This document shows positions 15,721-29,289 of a stretch of 64,000 nucleotides of DNA, piece by piece; the stretch's first letter is position 1, and every line of letters starts with the position of its first letter. Source of the stretch: Chlorokybus atmophyticus (taxonomy: Eukaryota; Plantae; Mesostigma and Chlorokybus algae); the NCBI GenBank assembly GCA_009103225.1, contig RHPI01001259.1, positions 124,001-188,000 on the forward strand, written 5' to 3'. Under the pieces are notes generated by a model, which made no database searches, was not told the origin of the DNA, and was given only the letters and a program-made list of their open reading frames with translations. Made by a program: the position numbers and the translations under genes.

Positions 15721-17029
15721 CGGCCGTTGCCAATATTTCATCCACCGGCAGGGGAAACAATTTGCAACGGTCACAATTTCAGACTTCAAGAATGCAGGGT
15801 AAGTTACCTTGCATTGTACAAGCACCATTAATAGCCCCCTTGTGCTATGATATGATAAGCATAATGCATGCTTCACTGGCGCACAAACCAACACACGCAA
15901 ACACGAGGGTGCTACAAGAAGCCGATAGCCCCCTCGCACTACGACAAGCATCATGCCCATGCACATCTTAATGACGCACATAGTGACACATGCATGCACA
16001 TGAACAACCACAACCACAGCCATATACCCTCACACAGTTTCAAGATGAATTTCACAAGAACTCAGGCGCGCACAACTTGAACATGCACCAACACACATCA
16101 CCACACACACGCATAGCTTTGCAAGAGCGCTCAAGGAACGAATCTTCCTTGCACACATGCACATGTGAACACACCCAATTGCGCATACAGGCACGCAATC
16201 GCATAGGAGCGTAGTCACAGACACGTATATGCACTTGGTTTGGGTCTTGGTCACCTGAGGGTGTCAAAGGTGTCGTTGCGCATTAGGATACGATGGGCAA
16301 CAAGCTAGGTGAGCATGCACGCGTGCGTACATGCGCGTGTGTGCGTGGGGGTGTAACTTTGGGGCTGGGTATGCAGCCTGGCTGCATGCGTGCCTGAGAG
16401 TGTGTTCGTATGTCTGCATACATCACCAATAATCCACATACCGCAGATCGTGAATACTCCATCTCAGCAAGCGACAGCAAGTATGCTTGTATGCACGCAC
16501 GCATGCAGTCGGGCGCACACGCGCACAGGCATGTGCCCATGAACACGCATGACCATGCCAACAAGACAACAACAATACGGCGATAACACATGTACCTAAA
16601 CTGTGTCAGGCCCGGTCTTATATCATGTCATCATCAACGCTTTGCCAACAACATTTGCAGCACCATGCATCTGCACTGCCTGCATGCCATGACAGCTAGT
16701 GAGAGAGGGAGCAGAGACCGAGACTTTGCTCTCTCAATGCAAGCAAGTGTACAGGTGCGAACTCACACGCACCCGTGCCTAGTAGTGGCGGAGCCCAACC
16801 TCAAGCAATACTGCTGTTATTGACGCTGTCATTGTTGTTGTTGTCGTTCGCTGACCAACATGGCCGGCTGTCATCGCACATGCGCGAACATGCTGAGTAC
16901 AATACGCACGTATTGGCGCACACAACACACGTGCGTCCATACAATACGCACACACAGACGCAGTGCGCACGCACCCATGAGCGCGAGCACGTACACGTGC
17001 GCGCGCTCTCACTCTGCCCCCCTCACCTC

Positions 17030-17234
17030 CACCCAATGTAGAGCGCCAGTCCGAGCAGGCCACCCTGACGGTAGAGTAAAAAGACAACATTAGGGGATTC
17101 GTTCAGGGCAGGGAGCGTGGAGGACCAGGCCCAGGAGGAGTGCTGTATGTGCAAGTGGAGAGCATGGCGTGCTGGTGGCGAGATCGCGGTAGATGGCATA
17201 CATGTACGTGCTGAATTGGATGCAGCTGGGACCT
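17030..17234 (-). CDS. Exons of an unidentified small membrane-protein gene, probably extending into the gap at 17827
   Basis: An AG-flanked exon, a roughly 60-nt GT-AG intron with CTAAT branch site and a second exon splice in frame to GPSCIQFSTYMYAIYRDLATSTPCSPLAHTALLLGL|GGLLGLALYIGW, followed by a gtgagg donor. Confidence 0.35.
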
Positions 17235-17779
17235 CTGTAGGCACATAGAGACACACTCAGCGCACGCACACGCACGTGCGCTGAGGGCACGCACGGAGGG
17301 ATGAAGTGGAAGGGAGGGAGGGAGGGAGGGAGGGAGACAGTGGGAGAGCATACGCATCGTGTCCCACTACGTGCAAGCGAATGAGTGTATTTCAGTGCAT
17401 GCTTTCGTGGGAAGTGAGCGCATGTGTTGGTAGGTAGTCAGTATACTTACAGCACGGCTGCATGTTTCCGACCACCGCTCAGCCAAAAGTCATGTCAGCC
17501 AGCCCATGCACACTCATATGCACCTGCCAACAAACAACTGACTGCCGCGCCTGCATTGCATGTTGCCCAATCGTGCGTGCGACTTTAGCACCGAACCCGA
17601 GACTAGGGACACCTGCGCTGCGCTGCATGGCATGCTGGTGCATGTGTATATGCTGGAAAGTGTGCACGTGTACGCAAGCATGCGTGTGCGTGTGCGCGTG
17701 CTCGCAGATAATGTGCGCAGGTGCAGGCGCGTGTGTGTGCTCATGTGCATGCATAACAACGAGGGATTGTACAAATGTG

Positions 17780-17781
<2 letters not shown>

Positions 17782-17826
<45 letters not shown>

Positions 17827-18076
17827 NNNNNNNNNNNNNNNNNNNNNNNNNNNNNNNNNNNNNNNNNNNNNNNNNNNNNNNNNNNNNNNNNNNNNNNNNN
17901 NNNNNNNNNNNNNNNNNNNNNNNNNNNNNNNNNNNNNNNNNNNNNNNNNNNNNNNNNNNNNNNNNNNNNNNNNNNNNNNNNNNNNNNNNNNNNNNNNNNN
18001 NNNNNNNNNNNNNNNNNNNNNNNNNNNNNNNNNNNNNNNNNNNNNNNNNNNNNNNNNNNNNNNNNNNNNNNNNNNN
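17782..18076. repeat. (TG)n microsatellite running into assembly gap 17827-18076
   Basis: Pure TG run directly followed by N. Confidence 0.95.
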
Positions 18077-18344
18077 CTTGACCGCTCCACGGCATAGAGC
18101 AGTGTATATACCTGCAGTACGCTCTACAGCTCTACAACGTTGCAGCACCCGTTGCCAATGCATGCAGACAAGTCAAAAATGTGTGTGAGAAGGAGGAGGA
18201 GGAGAGGTAGACTGGGGTTGTCTGTGCAGAGAGTAGAGCGTGCCATCATTCGATCCTGCACCACCTTTTATTTTGCGATCTATCCATACTCAACTACCCT
18301 GGCTACCTAACCATTGAGGTCCTGGCCATCTCTCTGGCAGGCGA

Positions 18345-18375
<31 letters not shown>

Positions 18376-18493
18376 AGGCGGAGGCGGAGGCGGAGGCCGG
18401 CAGTTGACTCGCGAGCTCTTCTAAGTGGAAGGGTTCCCAAGACAGCCTTGGAGTTGGAGGACGAGTGATTGGACGGGCAGGAACAGGAGAACA

Positions 18494-21003
18494 ATGGCGC
18501 TGATGCAAATCCGGCAATTCGCCCCTCCCAGGTGCGTGCGTGCGTGCGTGCGCCCTGTCTGTGGCAGCATCATCACCATCTCCCAACCCATTGCCCCGAT
18601 TGCCGTCCGCCTTGCCTGCCTCATGGCTGATGCGCTTGTGCTTCTGAGAGAGAGAGAGAGGCTTTTCTCACTCTCACCGTTGGGTGCTGATGTGTGACGA
18701 CGTTCTGTGTGTGAAACAGGTTGCCCATCCCAACAACAGCACGTGCTAGGGAGGCAGGAGTCTTCACTTGCGCTCGCAAGCGGTCGATCGCCTCGTCCTT
18801 CCCCCCGTGCCATGCGCATCCCTCAGATCATATGCATACACGGCGTGGCTCGCACCCCCCTCGCATCGGACTTTGTGCAGCTGAGGTGCCAGGTGCACAT
18901 GCGCAAACATGCTGCTTGCTTGCTTCCTGATACCTGCGGCTGCGTTGCGTCATTATCATCATGCATGTGGCTGTTGGCATGGTACGCATGTGCGTGACTA
19001 CAACTGCTTGCTATGAGTAATGAGTGAACAGAACAGCAGGCAGTTGAAGTCTCCCCTCCTCCCAACTCCACGGCAATTTTCTACCGTGAGAAAGAGCTGG
19101 CGATTTGGCTGTCACTGCTGCAGACAAAGCCCACAAACGTATTGGTAAGAGATGTACATTTGAGGCTAAGTCTAGCCCAACCTTTTAACACTCAACTGGC
19201 AGATGTTATTTGTTTGTTCGCAGCAGCAGCATCGCACGCATGGTTGATTTGCTCTCTTGCATAAGGATCCATCATTTGACTCTCCTACGGGGCTCACACT
19301 GCGATAGGTGATGTTTGGCCCGCGTAACTGCGGCAAGACAACTCTGTTGTTGGAGCTACAGCGACTGAGGACCCAGGCGGGGGTGAGGGTTGACTATTTG
19401 TCCATGCGCGCAAGCCCTGTAGCAAATCCACGTGCATTGACTGACATGTTAAGGTCAAGCCTTGGGACTGCTTTATCGCACCGCTCTACGGAGTCGGCGC
19501 TGCAACAGGTGTGATGACGCAATGGAGAAGTTATCTGCACGAGATGCTATGAGCGTCGTGTTGGAGCTCTTTTTTAACAGAATTACCAACTTGCAGTCTG
19601 TCAAGGCATACCCATGCATCATCATTGACGAGGCCAACATGTTCGCCGCTTGGCAAGGTGGCGACAATGACGCTTCCCTGCATCACCTATTCCATTTTCT
19701 TGTTTATATTACCAAGGAAGCTGCTCGTAGCGCCCACATTATCCTGGCTACAACGGAGCCGTTGTTCTTGAAGTGGATACAAGCGTGTGAGTTCAATCGT
19801 TGGTGGGTGCTGCGGGTGATCCAGTTGCGATGAACTTATCTTATATGCATGCAGATCTACCACGTTACCACAAGGTTATAGTAACTGGTGACCTGCCTAC
19901 AAGCGAGGCAGAGGTGTTTTGCAAGGAGGTTGCGATGCGGCGACTCCAATCAGACATAGGCAGGAAGGTCATCTTGAGTCAGGTGCGAATGCAACCAAGC
20001 TTCATGTGTTGTTGTCAATCACCTTTGCAGTCGCGAACATTGACATGGTTGCTTGCAGGAGAGCTGGCCTATTGTGCATGCAGTATGTGGTGGGAATATC
20101 GGGTCCATTCTGCAGTTCACGGCCTTTGCGCAGGCCGTAGGGGACGTAAGTGCAGGTATGTACTCTATTTTTTATTGAGCCCCCCCNNNNNNNNNNNNNN
20201 NNNNNNNNNNNNNNNNNNNNNNNNNNNNNNNNNNNNNNNNNNNNNNNNNNNNNNNNNNNNNNNNNNNNNNNNNNNNNNNNNNNNNNNNNNNNNNNNNNNN
20301 NNNNNNNNNNNNNNNNNNNNNNNNNNNNNNNNNNNNNNNNNNNNNNNNNNNNNNNNNNNNNNNNNNNNNNNNNNNNNNNNNNNNNNNNNNNNNNNNNNNN
20401 NNNNNNNNNNNNNNNNNNNNNNNNNNNNNNNNNNNNNNNNNNNNNNNNNNNNNNNNNNNNNNNNNNNNNNNNNNNNNNNNNNNNNTCCCCCCCCCTCTGC
20501 ATCCCGTCCGTGCTCATGAACGCTTGCGCTATGACTGTTACAGCTGAAGCGGAGTGGTTAGGAGAGGAAGAAGCATCTGTGCAAAGCATTATCGGTGTGG
20601 ACGTGCCAACAACAGCGCATAGTCCACCTGCTGGATGGACTACCGAGCAGGCCACAGCTCTGTTTAAGTCATTAAGCAGCTCCCCTCACGGTGCAGTGCT
20701 CCTGGAGTCTTTGGTCGAGAACTTGCCCGGCGACAACCAGCGACTCGCCGTGAGCTCCTTGGTTGAGCACAATGCGGTGAGCATAGGGTGTATATATGGA
20801 ATTGATGATGCTGCCAACGCTTCCTTCATTGCTTGTTGTCACCCCTGTGTTTGACCATATACGATTGGCAGGTATTTCAACGCCCGATGGCCAATTCTGC
20901 ACGAGATATACCCTCTGGTGCATTCAAGCTGGGTGCTATGCTTGTCACTGTTGCTTCTGCGGCGCAGCTCCGAGCAATTAGAGGGCTGTTTCCACCATCA
21001 TAG
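18494..21003 (+). CDS. P-loop NTPase of archaeal-ATPase (ATPase_2/AAA_16)-like type with putative organellar transit peptide; interrupted by gap 20187-20485
   Basis: Exons join in frame: MALMQIRQFAPPR|LPIPTTARARE...|...FYREKELAIWLSLLQTKPTNVL|VMFGPRNCGKTTLL (Walker A)...YPCIIIDEANMF (Walker B)...HIILATTEPLF...GDLPTSEA...CGGN...; stop TAG at 21001-21003. Confidence 0.8.
20187..20485. other. Assembly gap flanked by poly-C
   Basis: N run with C homopolymers on both sides. Confidence 1.
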
Positions 21004-22472
21004 CGAGAAGGTAAGCATCAAGCAAGGATTGTCACAGGTTGTGTTGTTGGGAAGATAGGTAAAGTAGTAATCAACATGTGCATGGATGGCAGGGCAAGGC
21101 AGCTTGTGTACACCGCTGCTCGGGACCGCGAACCTGCAGTGCGAACGAGCCTGCGATCACAGTGTACTCACGCAAAGGTCTGCTGGCTGCAATTTCCTAG
21201 GCTAGATGTGTAGGCAAACAGTGTGCTTGCTTGGGTTGGGGTAGACTACACAAAGCGCATTGAGCCATGTACACATGTGTGTAGAGTACATACATACATC
21301 AAAGCGCATGGCAAGCCGCCCCAATAAGTAAACAACCGGTGCTTGCAAACAACCGGGTGTGCATGGATGCTGCTCTCCGCCAGCTGCAATGTGCAAACCC
21401 AAACCTACGTGCAGGTAGTTGAGTCGCACGGAATGGACTTGGCCATTCCGTTGGTCATTCATGAGCAAAGTTGCAGCAGCATGCTCATACGTTGGCAGAG
21501 TTGCACGCGTACGAGGCAAGCTTATGACGCCATAGCTTGTATGCTGTCGCCGTGCTGCTCAAGCTTTGCAATGCACACATACAGACTAACACCCGCCGCA
21601 TCCGCTTGGACCGCTTGACCTCCGTCCACCCAGCTTGCAAGACATGCATGCACTGCATATAAGCCACTTAATTGTACAGGTTAACGACCCTGGGTGTAAT
21701 AATTGTGCGGGTGTTGGTTCTTGCTGGCTTGTATGCATGCATTGGATTACTACGATGTATACCCCATGCACTGAGCAACAAGCAGCACTGGCAAATAGCT
21801 GGTTGGTAGGTCGTTACACAGTCACAGAAGTTGCTGATGAAGCTGGCTTGCAGGAGCAGTTACTGTAGGGTGAGAGATGCGTGCTGCAGTGATGCTCACA
21901 TGGACGTGATCAGCACTGCTTGCACACAAAGCAACGACTGCGTGACACTTCCCATCACTAGTCACATCGCCCTCATCGCCTGCGCATATGTGTCCGGAGG
22001 AACACATGTTCTACAAGGAGTTGTCGATTGATGGCTCAGTACACAAAGCTTGCATGTGTAGACCCACCATTGGCTCTCAGAGTGCAATGAGTCCTTTGGG
22101 AGGCATGCGCGCATATCATCACACACTATTCACACTATTCACATTAACCAAGCGTCCACCAAGACGCGCGTATTGCATGTGGCAATGTATCTGACATTAC
22201 CGGTTGTGCTATCACATGCTCGTGATAGAACATGGACCACAGCATTCGTCAACCCAGAGAGAGAGAGAGAGAGCAAAGGTAGTAAATTGGACAATACAGG
22301 GCAGCTTCTCTGCCCATCACCACCTGCCCATGTCAAACTCGAATCCATCTGCATCGCTATCAAGTACAAATAGCTCGCCTTCAAACAATGATATGGACGC
22401 AAAATTGGGAAACCAATGACTCTCACTGCTCACAAACTGAACCTATCATTTGGCTGCTGCTGCGAGTCTAGT

Positions 22473-25286
22473 CTAGAACTTGAACTTGGGTTGGGGCGGC
22501 TGGACGAGGTAGATATCGGAGTTGTAGCGTGCGCCAAGGTTGATGAGGGTGGTGTAGATGTTGATGAAGTCTACCTCATAGTCTGTGCGCGTCACGGTTC
22601 GGCGGCTGCGATCGTATTGCGTCTTCCAATAAGCGTACTCGGGATCCTCTGCAGCCAGCTTCGCCTCACATGCCTGACCAAGCACCAAGTGAGTCAGCAC
22701 GCACTTGACAAAACAAACATTTGCCATGCCCCAATACAACACCCGCACACTTACCCGCGCACGTACATGCACGCGTGCACAGGTATGTCCAAATGCGCAC
22801 ACACACATATACATGCACATCTATTGGTATGCAAACAACAGTAGCTCACCGCAGGGTCGGGCTGAGTGAGAGGCCAGAGCAGGAAGCTCTCGCGTGCTTT
22901 GAACGGCGGCTGCGGGCCAAAGAAGCCGGGCTTGCTGCTTGCTCCCGTGGGCGCTGCGAATGAGGTCCACCACGCCTTCACCTCCGCTGGGCTTGCATTC
23001 ACGGACAACGGTGCCACACCTGTGAGTGCGTGTGCTTATCAGAATCTGACTGGTGCAACCACAACAACATATGCTGTGTGGGAGGGGAAAGGGGGAGCCA
23101 AATGCGTACTTGACATGTCCGCTGATTCTGCATCTTGACGGCCAAGACGGAAAGGCCAACTGTTGCCATATGCCTGCACGGGCCACAGTTGCTTGGAGAG
23201 TAAAGCAACAAGACAACCCGCATAGATAAATGGCATGACCCTTGCTGTTCAACTGCGTGCACATATATGTGCATGTGTGCGTGTGCGTGTGCGTGTGCGT
23301 GTGCGTGTGCGTGTGCGTGTGCGTGTGTGTGCGTACGCATGCGTCTGTGTCTCTTGACCTTCCTTACCTGCACTAGAAGCTGTCCGCTTGCCTTGGACGA
23401 AGCCTTCTGCAGCTGTCTTTCGTTCCACGCCCTCTGCACAACAACCTGGGCAAGCACAGACACACAACTTGACTCAACACAACAAACACTACCACTAGGC
23501 TTGCAACCGTACACGGACTACATACAAACAAGACACACAAGTGTCACACCTTGCCGGCCAGCGCGATAGTGTCCGCCCACGTGAGGGTCGCGGGTGACAC
23601 GGCCTCCTGCGCGATGCGCTCACGCGCGCCCGCAAGCTTGGCCACCACTGCCGCCAGCCCCGCATTCTCTGGACGGTTGAGCTCGGCCTCAAAGTGCACC
23701 GAGCCATTCGCACCACCGCCACCACCAATCTGCGCATTGCGAGGTGTGTGTTAAGTTTAAATCATACCTCAGTCTCCATATGTGGCGAGTGAACACATAC
23801 ATGCATGCAAAGCTGTGTATGCATTCACATCTTTGCATGCATACTTCCGTGTCTGCAGAGCTGTATCCATCTTGATGTACACAACTGTGTGTACTAGAAT
23901 GGCCACGCACCAAATATGCAAGAGCACATGCATACACACGCGCGCGTGCTCGTGCGTCAACATGTACCGCATCTGACTGTTTGACATATGCAAGAAGGGA
24001 TGTTGTTTCATGTTTCTTTCGCTTGCCTGGTAGGTGGCAGCGTCGGCAATGACAAGCCGCATGATCAGAGGCGTATCCGAGTCTGAGAGGCTCTCCGCAA
24101 GCACCCGCCTCGCCACTTTCTGCGCATGCACTCATTGATTGACAGAAACTCACACAGAATGTTACCTTTGCGATGGGCACGAGTGCGCACGCATGCACGC
24201 ATGCACGCCCACACCCACACCCACACCCACACCCACACTATCCAACTCACCAGATATGCATTGATCTGGTCCGCGCGTTGGAACGTGGACAGGTTGATTC
24301 CGCTTCCACTTTTCTCTGCGACCGCGGCTGCGGCCAGAGCGGGCTGCTGGTAGAGCGGCAGCAGCGCGGCGGACAGAAGCGCCCCGCTCGTCGCCGACAG
24401 AACGTCACGCCGGCTCGCGCCCGCGGCTGCTGCATCGCGGCTGCCTGCAATGTTGTAGTGTATGTGTGGATGAATGGAGGACAGCATGCATGCTTGGACG
24501 GACATGGCAACCGTTGCGTGGTCCAATATATAACAACAAGGTGAATGACAAGCATTGAAGCAAGCTGTGGCTGGTTTGTTGCTGGATTCTGCTGTGGTTT
24601 GTTGCTTGACTATGCTGAACACAACCCGCGAACCGACGAATGCGCAGATGACTGAGAGATTGGGTGCAAGGTAACATGCACAGATGGCCTGGTGTTGGCG
24701 CAAATAGGGGCATGGCTTCCATGCACAATCAAGCGGAGCACAACGCAGTTGACAGAGAGAAGAAACAATCAACTGGTCAATACTAGAATGTTGTTGCGCA
24801 TTCAGCACACGCGCCGTTGCATTGCATGCAGGCGAAACAATATGCTTGCCAACCTGTACAAGTCGCATGCAAACGCATGCATAATGACTGATTACGTGCG
24901 CAATGTTTTTGCAATAAACATCTCGAAACCCTAATCGGCCCTGTGCGTTTGGTTTTGTCGTCTGGCATGCAAGAGCAAGAGCAGGAGCAAAACGAGCATA
25001 ACCATTGCAGTCACAATACCTCGCATGCAACAACGGGATCAACACCATACATACGCCAAGGCCTGCACATGGCACTTCCGCCGTCGCCGCCAAGGCCTGA
25101 CCAGGCCACACCAGGCCAGGCAAGCTGTGCATTGCACTCACCCTGCTGCTGCGGCGGCTGCTGAGAGGCCCGTACAGCCACGCCACGCCGCGGCACATCT
25201 CCTTGCCGCCTGTTCAATCTCCTTCCAGACGCCGGCAGCACTGCCGGCGCGGTCGCCGCCCACGACAACCCCATCGCCACCGCCAT
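22473..25286 (-). CDS. TL29: Thylakoid lumen 29 kDa protein (TL29, APX4-like ascorbate peroxidase fold)
   Basis: Transit peptide plus twin-Arg lumen signal (ASRRDVLSATSGALLSAALL...ALA). Mature part: LIMRLVIADAATYQ|IGGGGGANGSVHFEAELNRPENAGL...LTWADTIALAG...LGRQDAESAD...QYDRSRRTVTRTDYEVDFINIYTTLINLG, matching remembered TL29 motifs (GGANGS, YQRSRETVSQTDYEVDL). Confidence 0.88.
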
Positions 25287-25933
25287 TGCCACTGCGCCAA
25301 AAAATGCCACCAAAAGTCAGACAAATGTTTGTGATAAGGGATCTCACTTTTCCTGTAAAGCGGTGTCAACCGCCAGATTGGAAGATCTCTCTCATCGACG
25401 GCCACACAACGTGACTACTCCGACCCAGATCCAGAAACAGCTCTCAATTGCAACGCGTTTGTGTCATGCGTCAAGTCACATTGCGATACTTTGCGTGACG
25501 GGCATGCGTGACGGAACAGGAAACGAGAGTGCAGGGCCAAGTGACGTGACAGGTGATGTGACAGTGTGCCTTTGACTGGCAGTGACATTGTTGGTGTTCG
25601 CCTGCAACAACAGGGGTACCAGCCGCCCAGTGGTTGGATTTTTCATCTAAGTATTGAACTGCATCGACATCATGGCAAATGTCAGGCTGGCGCCACGTGT
25701 AGGCTGGACGCTGCACCAAAGCCGCAGCTGGCCCCCCTCCGGACCAGGCATGCTGCTGGCCCAGCGCCGCCGCCACCTGGCCTGGCTTGGCCTGGCCTGG
25801 CCTAGACCCGTCGGAGAACCCAAGGCGAGACTCTGAGAGGGTCCCTTTCACTGAAGAGACTGACGTAGTGATGTGACAGACGCCCTCTTGGCCATGCAGG
25901 GCGGCGTGGTCCTTGTCGGCATCCGCGACGGCA

Positions 25934-28900
25934 ATGGCGGACATCCCCACCCACGCTGACGGTGACCAGGCCTGCCGCCGCCGCCCTCTTGGACGGAGCG
26001 CCCTGATCATCACTCACATGGAAAGCTACATGCGTTGCCCTTATGCGGATACGGTGATGGACCCGCAGCAGTCGGGAGTTGAAGGGGGACTAGGCTCAGT
26101 GTTGATGATACCGCCCTCGCCCTTTGGTGGAGGAGGTGGGGACAGTGATCACATCACAAGTCACGCCACCATGGGTCACACCACCACACACACAACAGTG
26201 GCAGGGTCGCAGTCGCCTCCGCATCCACCTTTGCCTCTTCAACCTTATCCACCGTTGCCTCCGCCGCCGCCTCCTCCACCTTCGAGTTGGAGTCCTCCGC
26301 CTGCGGCATCTGCCGCTCCACCTCTTCCTCAACCTGGTCCGTCTGGTCTTCCTCCTGCAGGGTATTCTCAGCCTCAGCCTCCTCCGGGGCAGCAGCAGCT
26401 CTATCCGCATCATCAAGCTGGGCCCTCTTCTTCTTCTTCTTGGGCCTCTCCCAACTGGCAGACCCTGCTGCTGCCCTATCCGCTTGGTAGGTGTGGACTT
26501 GGTGTTCAACACCAATAGCATGTGGACTTCTCTCTCTGTTGTGGTTGTGAAGCGCCCTCTCTTGCTGCTTGTGTGGGTGCCTTGGTGCAGTCTCACGTGA
26601 CAGTTGTGGTGGGACCTGCAGAAATACGGAATGACACATGCATACACGTGTGAAGCATAGCCCGGCAGCAGAATACTTTCAGACCTTCCAAGCAATGTGA
26701 CAGCAAAGTCCTAGTCCAAGGCCACATTTGCTGTCACAGCACCACTTGGTGTGTCGGACACACCAAGTTGTGCCTACTTTCTGCTGGCTGGTGCTCACAC
26801 TGTTTGTTGGTCTCCAACACTCTTTTGCTTTGTGTTTCTAACCCCTCTCTCCCTGCACACATGCACATGCAGACGTCACCAACAGTGTCATCAACAGTCC
26901 CTGGAGAGCTGGCGGCTTGGAGTACTTGGAGAGGCCACTGAACGAGACGCATGATAACAACTCTAACGACAACAACAACAGCAACAGCAACATCATCGTC
27001 CACCAGCAGCAGCAACATCACCACACTCCCCTCGACAACATTACCAACGTCCCCGACGCCGAGTTCCTCTGCCTACCAAGCCCCCACATGAAGGTACAAA
27101 ATCTTCGCTGTGTTGTGTCGTGCTGTTGCTGCTGTTGTTGTCTTTCAGTGTGTGCTGGTGCTCTTATGCATGTGTGTGTGTGTAACAGAGCAACATGATG
27201 CCGGGTGACAACCTCCTCCTGTTCTCGCCTGGTCGCCCGCTCTCGCTGCAGGTCCCCCTTCACCATGACGACAACAGCAACAACAACATGATCGCCTCCA
27301 GCAACACCACTCCCACAGGCAGTGAGTGCCAAACACTTGCATCTTTGGCCACCAACTCCAAGGATTGGTACTGCGGTGCATGCTGTCATCATGTTTATGC
27401 GCGCGTGCATACGCGCATGTCTGTGTGTGTGCGGGCCTGTCTCTGTGTGTATATGCGCATGTGTGTGCGTGTGCGCAAGTTGTGTTACAATCATCAATAA
27501 CACCTTCCTCTCGGGCAGATGGTTTTCAGGTGCATTGGCATCAGCATCAGCATCAGCCCCCGCCAGTTGAATCCAACATGATGTCCACCGCCCCCACCAC
27601 GGACATGATCGTAAGCCCCAACCCCAACCCCAACCACGACAACAACATCACCAACATAAACTTACTCGCGGTCCTCCGCGCAGCCATGCTCGCCCACCCA
27701 CTCTTCCCACGCCTCGTCAGAGCCCAGGTACGGACCAGTGTGTATCACCGCAAAGATACACACACTCTCCCCCACCCACCCCGGGTGTCACCCACACCCA
27801 CCCACCCACCCACCCATCCATACACACACACATTGTCCTCAGGTCGCTTGTCGTGCCGTGGGTGCTTCCTCTGACTACCTCTCCCTCCTGCAATCGGAGG
27901 AGCGCACCGTGGTGTCGGACGTCCGGCTCAAAAGCGGATTCGACGCGCTGCTGGACACGGACGCGAGGAAGACGTACGGGGAGTACCTGAGGGAGAACCC
28001 GGTCATAGGACAGTTCGTGGTATGTGTGGGTGTGTGGGTGTAGGTGCGCGTGTGCGCTTGCATATATGCGTATGCGTGCATACAAGCGCGCACACGTAAG
28101 TATGTGTGTGTGCATGCGCAAGTGTGTATATGGGAAATGCACACGCACACATGTGCGTGTGCTTTTGTCACAAAGCGTATCAGTGTATCAGGACGGTTCT
28201 GATACATCCTTTTCTGCTCAACAGGAGAGCTATTGCAAGGCCACTGAGGACTTTGCTGCAGCTTTAGAGGGTCCTTTGATTGAAGCCAAGGCTCATTGCG
28301 CGCGCTTCGAGCGCCGTTTACACGAGGTGGCCGAGCGTCTGAGCGAGAGTTGTGTCGTCGACACGTGCGTGACTGACGGCGGTGGTGGCGATGAAGAGGA
28401 GGGGGATGGTGGCAACAAGGCCACTATCGGAAAGAAGAGAAAGGGAGAGTGTGGGAATAATGGTAATGTTAGTGGTAAGAAGAACTCCTTACAGGCCATA
28501 TTCGATGATGGTGGGCTGGATCTAACGGGCTCGGGGGATGGAATGGTGCTCGGGAGCGTTAGCGAGTCAACAAGAAAACAGGTGAGTCGTTCATCGAGTG
28601 AGCAAGGAAATGTCAACTAGCAGATGACTCAGTAACTGAGTGAGATTCAAGTAACTGTGTCAATGCTCGACTCCATCAACACCGATCACGTTTTTGTGAA
28701 TCCACGTGCACACACGCGCGCGTGCACATATACACACACACGCGCTTGAGGCAAGTTGCTGAACTGCAGCCCTGTGTGTTGTTCGTTTTCTGTTCTGTTT
28801 CACAGTTGAAGGAGAAGTTTCTGCCCCAGCTGGAAAGGCTGCGGGACAAGTTTCGTCGGCAGCCCAAGAAGGGGAAGCTGCCTCCCGCGGCCGTGCGCAT

Positions 28901-29289
28901 GCTCAAGGTGAGTATACTTGTGTCTCCTCCGCTGTGGATGTTTGTGGTTGTGTGTGATGGCAATGGTGTGTTCGACAGGAGTGGTGGGCGGAGCACACGA
29001 CGTGGCCGTACCCGAGCGAGGACAAGAAGCGGGAGCTCGAGGCGCAGACGGGTCTATGCCTGCTGCAGATCAACAACTGGTTCATCAACGAGCGCAAACG
29101 CCACTGGTGAGACACACACGCGCGCGCACGCACATGCACATTTTATCACCAATGCACAACGTAACGTTGTGTCACGCCAGGAACTCTGCTCACGCCAACA
29201 ACGGAAATGGTCGGCGCGTGGCGGCGGTGGCTACTGCCTCTGCTCGTGCCACCCCGACGAGGAAGGCGCACAGCAGCAAGGGCAGATGA
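25934..29289 (+). CDS. KNOX: KNOX-class TALE homeodomain transcription factor (KNOX1, KNOX2, ELK, homeodomain)
   Basis: KNOX1 [16 protein letters not shown]|VACRAVG; KNOX2 NPVIGQFV|[21 protein letters not shown]; [19 protein letters not shown]; [20 protein letters not shown]|[43 protein letters not shown]. Stop TGA at 29287-29289. The start codon is uncertain (25934, 26018 or 26057). Confidence 0.93.

Noticed and set aside
17462-18188. Long ORFs across 17.5-18.2 kb, and similar ones at 11.5, 20.0 and 38.8 kb
   Set aside because: They are open only because of N gaps and (TG)n repeats.
21100-22400. Small gene or snRNA/SINE between the ATPase and TL29
   Set aside because: No consistent exon chain and no recognisable RNA motif.
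25934-29289. Mating-type locus interpretation based on KNOX
   Set aside because: The neighbours are ordinary housekeeping genes and no other mating-type marker (e.g. RWP-RK MID, FUS1) is in the window.
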